From Eukaryota sp. GEM-RC1 (taxonomy: Eukaryota): DNA of 64,000 nucleotides. The notes below the pieces were generated by a model that did no database searches, was not told the DNA's origin, and saw only the letters and a program-made list of their open reading frames with translations. The DNA lies in contig JAUFOQ010000017.1 in NCBI GenBank assembly GCA_040285855.1, positions 930,001 to 994,000 on the forward strand, given 5' to 3'. Shown here one piece after another: positions 51,405-63,300 of the stretch (its first letter is position 1; each line of letters starts with the position of its first letter). Both the position numbers and the translations under genes were made by a program.

Positions 51405-51478
51405 TGTTTTCGGGGAGGTTCGAACTCCCGACCATCTGTGTGTTAGACAGATATCCTAACCAACTAGACCACGAAAAC
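51405..51478 (-). tRNA. tRNA-Val(AAC)
   Basis: Acceptor stem GTTTTCG/CGAAAAC, anticodon arm TCTGT-CTAACAC-ACAGA, T-loop GTTCGAA, followed by TTTT. Confidence 0.95.
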
Positions 51479-52369
51479 CCTTGTTTTTATTCGTAGCATC
51501 TCCACAACGAGGACGTGTCGGGAATCATTCCCAAAAGAATCGTTTACTACTATTACTGTATTTGCTTTCTGCCGCTTCCAATTGTTGAAGATACGTTCTG
51601 ATGATACCAACTGATTTCATGGAAAATCTGTATCGTGTTTCCATTTATAGGAATATGCCTTTTTATTTGTCTCGATTAGTTGTCAAGTTTGGTGTGAAGG
51701 TCAATGTTGAAAAACGTAATCTTTTACTGGATCGGGATGAAGTCGTTTGAATTTAGTCTTAGTATTACTTGTCTATTTTTGCAATCATATATTTTTAGGA
51801 AGGTTCAGTTTTTGGGTACCGAATAAACCGTAAGTTAAGGGTATAATTTTGACAATTTGCTACACCCGAAAAACCACTCATCTTGTGAGATCTACAGCTC
51901 CTTCAACGTTGCTTAGAAGTCATTTGTTTACTTCTGCTGATTGTGGTGGTGTTGGTGGCGTTGTTCATATTACCTTTTGACGCTTGGTCTCAGTGTCTCC
52001 CAGAGTATGTGTTTGAAATACCTGAAAGACGCTTGGTTAATCTTCAGGTTTGTCTGAGTAAAATACTATGGAGACTACACCGATTGATTCAATTAGTCTC
52101 ACTGAAACTAATTTCTAGTGAGACTAACAGAAATAATCTGTGTACTTTTTTTATCTTATGAACTACTACAGTAGTAGAATATGTACAGTTTGTCCACAGT
52201 CAGTTTGGAAGCTTCAATAGAACTGTAGTATTCAAAAAGCCTACACGTCTATCCTCGCGATCCTAATACAAGCAAAGTAATAACTCGAACCAGAAAGAAG
52301 AAAGATGGATGCTTTCTGTAAAATATTGATTTAAATATATCCATTTAAATAATTATTGCTTTATATAAA

Positions 52370-52870
52370 TTGGTTTTATGTTATAAATTAACGAAATACA
52401 AACAACTATCATTAAATGATATTAAATGATCTACATCTACCCTTGAACTATCACAATACAATTTGTCCAGAATACGATTCAAATACTTTGGGAAACTTCT
52501 ATATAAGGAAAAAACGATGTGATTGCGCCAAAGAGACTGATTCAAATATTTTCTATGGTCACGGCACAATTTTGAAAAGGCATCAATGAAATTTTCAGCA
52601 GCAATTCCAATAATGTATTACCAAGAATTGAAATAGCAAAAGGAATGAATTTAAAAGAAGAATACAAATTGGAATTCAGTTTGTTTATTGTGTCCGAACA
52701 TGTACTAATCTTTCATTTTTCAGCTTTGGATAAATGATGTTCAGTGTCACTCGAAACTGAATTCAAATATGCTTTTGCACATGGATCAACAGTAGTAAAA
52801 TCTAACACTGTTTGACAAGAATCAAGATATGGAACAATGATATCACATCGTCGAAAATTGGTCATATTAT
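52370..52870 (-). mobile_element. RLE-type non-LTR relic
   Basis: RRCDIIVP..VLDFTTVDPC..FIPFAISILG..LWRNHIVFSLYR with stops. Confidence 0.65.
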
Positions 52871-53741
52871 CATCATTATAATGCAAAGTGTATCCATTTA
52901 AGTATTGTTTTCAGAGTACTCATCAAAATGAGTAACATTACCATTTTCTGATATATCTTCTAATCGTTGAAATATCCAGGTTTTGGGTTATTGGGACCGT
53001 TATGATTGATCTATCCAATAACAGTCACTAGTCAAATCCATTGAATATAATTCTACTTCAAAAATGAAAAACTCCAATTTTTCCGTACATTGTTATAGCT
53101 AATCAATGGACAATAAACCGTTTGTGTCAACAAGCATTCATGTGTGTAATCAATTCAACATACTGAACTATTTGTTTCCAGTTCAGTTCTTTCGAAGTAT
53201 ATGTATGTCCTATTCTGTATAAGCGTGTGATAGCTGCTTTTGTATTAGTATAGATACACTTAAAAAAAGGGGTTTATGAGCTGAGATAAACACACAACAA
53301 GAAAATCAATATAAATTAAGACTATTAAAAAAACAATAAAACGTTCTACCCAATTGCGAAAATTAGTTACCATCCAGCAACTTGGCCAAAATAGAATCAA
53401 CATATGTGTACATTGACTTAAAAAGAGGAAAAGCAAATCAATTCTTTCAGTAGAACCTGTTGAACTTCTTACAGAATGTTTTGCACAGGTTTTCTAACAA
53501 ATTTAGAGACTCCTTAGAACATCAACCAGAATCTCCATGTCAAGATAGCGTAAAAGGCTGAAAGGCAATATTTTTGTCTTCGCGAATTTAAAGCAGCAGT
53601 TTATTGATATATAAATGATGTTTATGTAGTCAGCTTATAATGGACACTATACACAAAATGCCTCTAAAACTTTCTCTATGTATATCTCAGGCATTCTTGT
53701 GAAAGAAAATCCATTGTCTAGCGTCCGAAGAAGAAAAAAGT

Positions 53742-56700
53742 ATGGATAAACATAAGTATGTTGACATTTCTAGTTCAATGACTCCGCCAATTCCTCCACC
53801 AAAGATGAGTCGTCCATCAGAGGACTCTGGTGATCATCTTATCATGTCATCTAACCAATCCTTGGATTCCCCACTAACAACACTCCTTCATGAATCTTTT
53901 CTCAAACATCTTCATTTCCAAGAATCCTTGTTGTTACTGATACAGCTTCATTACCTCAGACGTAACCTCTCTGGAAGACTCAGATATCACCTCTCCAGTT
54001 TGATTAGACGTATCCGCGTTCTTTTTGATAAAGCTGGTTATGTCAGTGAACGTTTCTCTGAATCTTCTTTTCAGCAATTAAGATAGTCTTTCAAATTCTC
54101 ACAATCACTGTCGCTCCTAAAGAACTTCCCTTACTTTTTTCCATCGCTTCTTACTTTAGGACAGAAGTTCATTCTGTTGATTTGATCGTGAATCCGTCAT
54201 TTGAAGTTGAACAAATTCTTCCATTTTCAGAAATATCTTTTCGACGGCCACTATTTGATTCAAGCCAATCAAATCCTTTTGATTCTAGATTGCACCAATT
54301 ACTTGACCGTTCTTCTCCTTTTTCTTGTCACGACTTACTAGTGTTTTCCTAGACAGTTCTGTTTCTATGGAAACGTTTACTTTCTTCTGTAATTCATTAA
54401 TTACTAATACTACTGTTGTCGATTTAACTATATACATGGATTCTCTTTCTACTGGTAATGTAGTTGCTCTTGCAGAAGTGTTTTGTTCAAATACCACCTT
54501 GAAGAAACTTTCTCTTGGCTCCAAGTCTTCAACTAAAGATGAAGATTATATGATTTTGTTTTCTGCGATTTCAAATAATTTAAAAATTGAACAGCTGGAC
54601 ATTTCTGAGTTAGCAATTCCACTTTCTAATGTAGTTATACCAATTCTAAACAGTGCTACAATTAAGACTCTTTCCTTTCCTAGTAATTGTACAATTGATT
54701 GTGCTCTAATGGCTGCACTTAAGAATAATTCAGTTATTAGATAAGTAGATTTCGTTGGTTGTGTCTTTGAAGTCAACGATCTTGTTGATGTTTTAAATTT
54801 GAACACGTTTTTAAAGAAAATCGACATACCATTCTCTAATTTCCGCTCTTTTTCTCCTATTTTCAAAGTTCTTGAAACAAACAATTCTCTAATAGAATTA
54901 GACTTGTCCCATCGCAAGGAGCCACTGACTGATCAAGAAGTTGAATCCTTGGTAACAATGCTTAAAAAGAATAACAAGTTACTTGTTCTGAATCTTAGTT
55001 CAATACCCTTGAGTTCTTCCCAGTTTAATACCATTTTAAGAGAACTGGAAAACACTTCTATATTAAGACGTGTCAGTTTTGTACTCTCACTTGATCTAAG
55101 CGGTTTAATCTCATGTTTTAAAGCAATGTTTAATGCAAAATTAATTTCACTTAATATTGTTAAGGCTTATTCTATTGATGTTTCTCTTGGTTTTATTCGT
55201 TGTCAATCTGAGGTTTGTTGCACTGATTTAATTTCACTTTTAAATGCTTTAAAGTCTAATATTCCCATTAAACGTGTTGAATGTCGTGGATTGAGCAGTT
55301 TAAGTCTAAATGGACTAATAACTATATATGAAATTCTTTCGATTGACAAATCAGTGATATCTCTTGATGTTTCTCCTCATTTAATTGACATCGAAAATGG
55401 CGTGTTTTGTTTTTGTCCAGAAAAGTCTACCAAAATAACTGCAGAAGAACTGTCATCTCTAAAGTCTTTTTTAGAGTGTTTTACTATCAAAGAGCTTACT
55501 CTAAAGGGTTGTCGTCTTTCTGTTGAAGCATTCCAAGATTTGTGTTATTCAATCAAGGTCAATACTTCTTTGACTTCTGTTGACTTCAGTTATTTTGATC
55601 TGTACACTTCAATCCCTTTTCATTACCCTGAAATTGCGGTCCATTTATCCGAGTTAATCAATTCACTTAAATCATACTCTCATTTAAAATCAATCAATCT
55701 CAGTCATAAATCAATTGGATTCAATCATCTTATGACTATTTTTGAAATGATTTCAACTGGGAATTTAACTCCAAATGTTAGGGTATTCCCACATTCAATT
55801 GATGTTTCTGTTGGACTTATTCGTTATGAGAATGAAATTAAACTTGAAGATTTATTTCTGCTATTAAAAGCTTTGAATTCTAATATTCCCATTATACGAG
55901 TTGAATGTCGTGGATTGAAAAGTCCAAATTTAAAAGGACTAATTGTTTTAATCGAAATACTTTTTATTAACAAATCAGTGTTAGATTTTGATGTTTCTCC
56001 TCATTCAATTGACATTGAAAATGGTGTGTTTTGTTTTTCACCTAGAGAGTTTACTCAAATAACTACAAAAGAAATTTCATCTCTAAAGTCTCTCTTAAAG
56101 TGCTATAACATCAAAGAGCTTACTCTAAAGCGATGTCGTTTTTCTTTGAAGCAATTCAAGTTTTGTGTGATTTAATCAAGATCAATAATACTTTGACTTC
56201 AGTTGACTTCAGTTATTTTGAACTCTATGGACAAAGGTCTATTGATGATGTGAATTACTTTTTAAGACAATCTCCTTCTGTTGATGATTTTTCTCTCTTA
56301 ATCAATTCACTTCAATCACACACTAATTTAAGAACAATCAATCTTAGTCATAAATCATTTGGATTTGATAATCTTTTGACTATTTATGAGCTGATTTCAA
56401 CTGGGAATTTAACTCCAAATATTAAGGTATTCCCACATTCAATTGATGTTTCCCTCGGACTTATTCGTTTTGTAAATGAAATTCAACATACTCATTTGAA
56501 TTCACTATTAAAAGCTTTGAATTCTAATATTCCTATTAAAAGAGTTGAATGTCGTGAATTGAAAAGTCCAAATTTAGAAGGACTAATTCTTTTATTCGAA
56601 ACACTTTTTATTAACAAATCAGTGCTAGATCTTGATATTTCTCCTCATCTAATTGACGTTGAAAATGGCGTTTTTGTTTTTCTCCACAAAAGTCTACTCA

Positions 56701-56937
56701 AATAAGTACAAAAGAAATTTCATCTCTACAGTGTTTTTTGCAGGGTTATAACATCAAAAACTTACTCTAAATCGATGTCTTTTTGCAGATGAAACAATTA
56801 CTGTTTTGTGTGATTTAATCAAGGTCAACAATTCTTTGACTTCTGTTGACTTCAGTGATTGTAATCTAACAGAACTTTCAAATGGAACTTCAGTATTGGA
56901 TGAAATTATGAAAGTAAATTCCAGAATTGATCTTTAA
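53742..56937 (+). pseudogene. Large LRR-family gene with three ~200-aa internal repeats; multiply frameshifted (pseudogene or assembly errors)
   Basis: N-terminus HLHFQESLLLLIQLHYL..FDKAGYVS matches the gene at 7283. Repeated SIDVSLG..ALKSNIPIKRVECRGL..IKELTLK units. Confidence 0.7.
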
Positions 56938-57099
56938 CAATCAACATTTCTTGAATTGTGCAATTATTTCAATAGTATCTGTAATATAAAGTATTTAGAA
57001 AATACAGTAACACTCTTTCCTGCCTTTTGTATTCGACTGGAAAATTACATTTTTCGAGAAAAAAATAAATGGATGTTGCTAATAGTTCTGCTTCATGTC

Positions 57100-57890
57100 T
57101 GATTACTCAAATTCGTCAAGTTTACGGCCTTTTTCTTGATGTTTAATCTTGGTCAATAAACATGCGTTTACGATCATATATTTGGTCTGATAACCTTCCC
57201 CATAATTTGAAATGTCGATGTTGGAAATCTGTAACACATACACGTTTATGGAAATCTAACCGTTTTATTTCTTTTAGAAGTAAGGTTCATGATTCAGTAA
57301 GGGATCAATTATATTGTGTATGTAAATCTTATGGAATAGTTTCCTTTTTAGAACCAGTTCTGGCTGGTTTGTTGGATAATACGGATTTTGACAAATCGTT
57401 TGGAAATAGCCGTGGTGATGTGATATTTCCTGGTCTACGGTACTGTACTGGTCTCGATGGTTCTTTCATTATTGATCATGTTATGTTTATCGATGTTTGT
57501 AATGAGTCCAAAAGAAACTTGCTAAATCTAATGTTAAAAATCCTCTTGATTGGTGAAAAGTTTAAAATGGAAAAACATTGTGCTAAACTGAAATTATTGA
57601 ATTCGGTTTCACACTCGAATTACTTGTTGTACCCTTATGTATTTTCACTATACGGTTCTGTAGGTGAATCTGCAACGTCATTACTTGAAATCTTGGTGAA
57701 AATTGTAAACGAAAAAACATCTAGGACATTTGATCTTAGATTTTGGAAAAATCGAATTGTGATTGCTATCTTTAAAGGTATGGTGACTTCTGTATCTAGC
57801 GCTTTATTATATATTGGCGGACATTATGAGGATAATGTAGGTGAGAATTTCCAGTTAGGCAATTTGGACTTTGATGATATTTATTATTAG
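57100..57890 (+). mobile_element. C-terminal RLE domain of a non-LTR retrotransposon (CRE/NeSL-like), 5'-truncated
   Basis: CRC..VHDSVRD..LEP..RGDV..GEKFK..PYVFSLYGSVG..FWKNRIVIAIFKG; zinc knuckle degenerate. Confidence 0.7.
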
Positions 57891-58787
57891 ATGTATGAAC
57901 ACTATAGTGTTGTTGTTGTTGTTAATTAAGATGGCGAAAAACATAAACAATATTGGTTGTTCAGTTTTTAATAGATTTGTGTTCAATGTGTAAGTTTCAA
58001 AATATGAGATTCCACTTATTAGTTTCACTGTTCAATCGATGAATTATAAAGTACATAATGACTCACTTGTATAAGTAATGTGGTCCTATTGATCAGCAAT
58101 GTTCTGTGTCTATTGTTTCGATTTCTATGGTATTTATTTTTGTCCTTTTAAGAAATTTACTGCAGGAAATTACAATGGATTTTACCACTGTTGATCTTTT
58201 GTAATATAAATGCAGTCTCGAATCCAATTTGATGATGATTTTGCTACTATCACTGAATGACCCAATTGAATGTTGACAGGTACAATTATTTTGTGTTCCA
58301 ACCATTGCCGATATCGATATACGATAATGTTGGTCCGGAGACACAAGGGCCTTTAACTTCCCTTGGGAAATTGTGTTCTGAGTATGGTAAAGTTTTCAAT
58401 CAAATTTTTTGATTTTTAGTAGGTTAACGTTTGCACTGTTTCGCTCCATGCATAGACATATTACTTCGATTTGTGCTAAGTTGTTTGGTGCAGAAGGATC
58501 ATAATCATAATTTTCAATTACTGGGTTGTTGGATCAGGCATTCCTAGAATTCCTACAATTACGATAACTGCAGTAATTCGTACAATTACCAGAAATTTTC
58601 TACTGAAAAAGGACTTCCGGCTCTGATTTCTTTTCACACGATTTCTGCAAAGTGACAAAACAAACCATATGTATATGGAAATCCCTCGCAAACATGTAAG
58701 ACAGGTTAAAACTTTGGTTCCGAACTTCCACGGCAAATTGAGTTAAGTTTTTACCCAAATACTCAATATTGATAACACTATCATGTT

Positions 58788-59446
58788 CAGGGGTTGGAAA
58801 TATTGCATTGACAATACAATATTTTCAATATATTGGTACCAATATGCAATTGGTAGCTTAAGCCCTGTATTGTATTGTATTGTTCCATATTGCTGTTTGT
58901 TGTCGTATTGCAATATATTGCCAGTATTGATTTTATATTGGTTTTAGAAGAGAATTTAGACACTGCACTCTTCTCACTACTCTCACACTGTCACTCTATG
59001 GCAGACCGCTCAAACATCGAGTTGTCTCTGCTATTTTTCAAACATCTTGGACTTGAGCACGAGCTTGTCCGCACCAATGCTGATGAAGAAACCATCGTTG
59101 AGGCAGCTCCCAATAATGTCTGAAAACACTGAAGTGTGGCCACTACAGCAACGAACCCTGGGATCGTAAGACGGTCAGTGAAATGCGTGGACAACATTGG
59201 TGTCCATAAGATGAAGAAGCGAATAGTGATGAGTAAGTAGAATTGTTTTGTTTATTTAGAGTATACAGTATTGTTTTTACATTTAAATACAGTAACTTTT
59301 TGAAAACGATCAAATGACTTCTCCAATAATTTCCAAAACAATATGAACAATAGTATTGTATTGGTCTCCCAAACAAGCAATATAATTGTATTGACTTCCC
59401 AAAAGAACAATCCAATATATTGTCAATGCAATATTTCCAACCCCTG
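58788..59446. mobile_element. Non-autonomous hAT element
   Basis: 29-bp perfect TIR CAGGGGTTGGAAATATTGCATTGACAATA; perfect 8-bp TSD ATCATGTT; CAATA/TATTG repeats. Confidence 0.92.
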
Positions 59447-60749
59447 ATCATGTTTAAGACAATAAAAATAATTGTTCTTGAAAAATGGAGTTTCGATGTT
59501 GTTTTGTTCAAAAACGTAAATTGATGTAAAATTGTGAACTGTCGGTGCGCAGTCTTTTGGTTACAACCAATGTAACATACAACGAAACCGTAGGTATGAT
59601 CTAGACTTGTTCCATTTTGTTGAGTTTTGTCCTGGAAATTGAAGATTTTGCTGTTTAAGGAATTACTCGAATTCCAGGAATTCTAGCGTTACAAAATTTC
59701 CCTTCAGGAATTCCAGGAAATCCGATTACTGGAAATTAGTAATTGAAAACTTGATACTCTAGTTAGCAGTGTTCGAAAATTTTCCACCCGGGTGGAAACA
59801 ATAACAATCAAATGAGATCGGTACAAATAAGTTAAATTGAGACCTATTGATCCGTACAGTCGGTGCCAAATATTTGCTCACATTCAGTACAATGAGTCTG
59901 ATTTGATGAAGAACAGTAATTATCCTGTTCACTTTATTAACCGAATCAAATTTAAAGTACACATTAATTATCATTACTATTTTTCTATTTTGGCAACACT
60001 TTACAGATTGAATGTGTGCTCAACAAATATCTGAAGAAAAACAAAATCCAATTTTGGCCGATACAAGATCTCAAGATCGACAACCACTTGGGTTTTTCAG
60101 TACTTTATGTTTGTTTTGGATCGAAAATCAATCCTTTACTTAGATCTTTACCACTTGTGCTGTCCCGTGGTTTTCCTAATGAGTTCAATTCCTTGAGAAC
60201 ACAATTTTTGGCAAATTTGATTGACATTAATACTTCTAAACTTCCTTGTCATGTCTTTTTGTCCAAAATTTGGCGGTGTTGGTTTCTCGAGGGCTGAGTA
60301 TCTACACTAAAGTGCTTTTATTAGATGTATGTAGAATTATTTGTTCTTGAGAGTAAACTTCTTTTCGAAAAATGTTAGTCGTAGACGGATCTTATGGCTT
60401 ATTAATTGGTTATTTGAGAGAGGAGGAATCAAAACAAAAAAACCCCCTATAAAAAGGGGAAAACACTTCTGAATGTCGGTGGTACAAACAGAAGCACATT
60501 AGTTTCTCAAACCAAGAAACTCTTTGAGCCATATCATATTTTTCTAAAATCATGTTGTGTCGTTTTACTACCATTATCTCTTCTATTTCATTCTGTCTTG
60601 TTCTTAACTCTCATCTTCTTTTTTCTAATCTCAAAGACCATCAGGTCTTAGGGACACTTTCCTTGGGTCTTTTGATCCACAGATTGTGTTCCCGTATTCC
60701 ACTCAACTCTCACATTAATCTCCAATTCAAATTGGATCTCACCATACAC

Positions 60750-60776
60750 GGTGATGTGGAATCAAACCCCGGACCT
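60750..60776 (+). other. 2A StopGo motif GDVESNPG|P
   Basis: Exact match to D(V/I)ExNPGP, in frame in ORF 60552-60794. Confidence 0.85.
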
Positions 60777-61416
60777 CATAAAAAACATTGTTGAAGAAAG
60801 ACACAGAAACTGAAACAAACCAGGCTGGTTTGGATTCGTCAAAATGATAACCCACATCCCTGTGTATCGGATCTGCCCTTCCACTGACCCAAAGTCGTTT
60901 CTAAACAAGTATGACAATCAAAAAATAATCTGATGCCGAAAAAGGTAACAGAGGACGCTGCACGTGAATGGGCGATCATCAGTATCCAGAAGATGAAAAA
61001 TAACAAGTATACACGTGATGAGATAAGGAAACTCTTAGAAGTTGATAGCACTGAGTCATATGTAGAAACTTTGGATCAATATCTATCCTCGAGCAGAGCT
61101 TCACTGAAGATTCCAGAGCTGGAATGTAAAAAGACACTGTCTAGCATATATGTACTCCCGAGGTGAAATAGAAGATGATCAATCAAACATGATCACGTGT
61201 TACAGGATATGCCAAGAGAACATACTTTCTCGAGGCGTTTCCTTGTCTTCCATAGTATGTTGACGGTCTTTGCCACACTTCCCATTAATGCTTTGCTTCT
61301 AACATTCCTTCTTTTGTTGTTTTTGGGTTGTAAGAGTTGTCCTACTAGTAGCACTAATAGAATAAGTCTCCAGTCATCACAATGACTGGAGACTTCTTCG
61401 TGATTTGACAATCGAT

Positions 61417-61443
61417 GGAGATATAGAATCTAATCCAGATCCT
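61417..61443 (+). other. Degenerate 2A motif GDIESNPDP
   Basis: WRLLRDLTIDGDIESNPDP; one base change (GAT vs GGT) from consensus. Confidence 0.75.
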
Positions 61444-62849
61444 TATATAACTGAGGAAGAAATAGTAAAACCTACCTTCTCCAATTGAATGCAGTTTATC
61501 CCCAAGAACTGAAGAATGTTTGATTGGCTTCTTCGGTGAGTACTATCAGAGATATTGGTACAGAGAATTGCACTGTGATGGAAATGTAGTGTTTCAGCAT
61601 CATCAAATTCGAGTTTCTAACACAAGACCCCAAATTAAATCTGCTTAAAGAAGATGGCCAAACGAAATCACCTCTTTCAATCCTTGGAAGACGAATTTGT
61701 TTCAAGAGAGCAGCCTTTGGCCTCAAAAACGTTCCCGCCTACTTTCAGAACGGTATGACCACCATCTTCGATATGTCAAACGTCTTTATTTACATAGATG
61801 ACCTTATCATCTCATGTCATATCCTCGAACTCCTTTGAAAAGAGTTCACCCTCGCTGAAATTTAAGATGTCGTTTATTCAGAGTCCGCCTAGGGATCAAA
61901 AACTGCTCTTTCTTGACGGATCCGTCCAAAGTATTTTTTTATGGTTGTATCTTTGAAAAGGCAAGATCCCTCGACGTAGAAGGAATCAAAGCCATCAACG
62001 AACTTCCTATTCCATCGACCTTGGGAGAACTCAGATCTTTTGCGGATCCATCAACTACATCCTAGACTGGATTCCAAACCTCTCTAATTTCATACAACCC
62101 TTGACTCAACTCACCAGAAAAGACGAGAACTCACCGCATAGTATCTCTAAAAAGTGGTCAAACGTCCATCCTCAGAACTTTATTGAGTTAATAAACTCAA
62201 CCTCATCCTCCGTAACCTCGCTCTCCCGGACAACACAAGCCAAATCATTATAGCAACCGACGCTATCGACAGTGCCATCTTTGGTGTAGCCTGGAAAACA
62301 CTACATAACTCCGACCTTTATTTCCCACTCCAAGAACAAAAGCTAGCTCCGATTTTAATTCTTTTAGCAAAATGCTGATGTGAATCAAATTGATTGATTC
62401 AATAGACCTTTTTATTGGGCAAAAATTTAAATATAAATTTACTTTAAGTGTTAAAATTAATATTAATATATCAATCTATGTGGAATGTTATTAAGGAAAA
62501 GTTAAAACTAAATATTAATTATATGTGACTGATCCTCAAAATTACTCTGAGAATATTTGTTTAAGAAATTTAAATATTTCAAAATGAATGGTAAAGGACA
62601 AAAATACGAGATCGATTATTACATAGTAATTCCAATGCAATAAAATTGGTCCGATCAATCAAATCAACACGTGATATACCACAATTTGAAAATGAATCAT
62701 ATAAATCATGAATAGCAACACATTGAAATTAGAATAAGTTCTCGTCAATCTCTCTTCAATCTTTGTTAAACATAACATATATAGATTTGTCTTCATTGAT
62801 GTAATGCAGTGAGCTCAGCAAGCTTAAGGAGAGAGTGACTCTTTCTTTA

Positions 62850-63300
62850 ACTAAAAAAAGTCATGGAAGCTAAGAAGAATTCCGAAATTGGCTAGTGAAT
62901 GACATGACGTCAAAGAACTTCTTTCAAAGAGATAGAGAGAGCCACTCAAACAAAAACAAGTAAACTCTCTGGTTGGTGAGGCACTTTGTAAATTTCGTCC
63001 CGAAGCGACAACTTGTCTTTTTTTAAAGAAAGAGACTATCTTTAAAGAAAAGAAAAAGAGCGAAAAGCAATGAAGAAGTGGATGTACATGGACTTGAGAC
63101 AACTTTGAGAAATAGGATCTGTAAGACAAATGAGTGGAGTGCTTAAAAGTGCCAGGATGAAGAATAGATGAGACAAGTAGTATTACAAGAGATAGTGCAT
63201 GGATCAAAACTGGATCGAGAGGAATCCCAAAGAAGGAAGCGAAGATGACACGTCAGCGATGCCAAGTCTCACACTTTTCACTGTGTCACGTGATTTCATA
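62850..63300 (-). pseudogene. Probable degraded LRR-family N-terminal region
   Basis: FASFFGIPLDPVLIHA resembles FASFFGADVQSVFFHV of the gene at 7283. Confidence 0.35.

Larger units (their letters stand above)
60552..62378 (+). mobile_element. Decayed Ty3/gypsy-type retroelement (gag-like, RT, RNase H fragments) with 2A motifs
   Basis: RT frame 61590-61838 reads FKRAAFGLKNVPAYFQ..FIYIDDLII. Then IKAINELPIPSTLGELRSF..DWIPN..PLTQLTRK and RNase H LALPD..IIIATDA (62256). Confidence 0.8.

Noticed and set aside
60300..60550. 5' LTR and primer-binding site of the gypsy relic
   Set aside because: A TATA flanked by C/G runs is present, but there is no second LTR copy and no convincing tRNA-complementary PBS.
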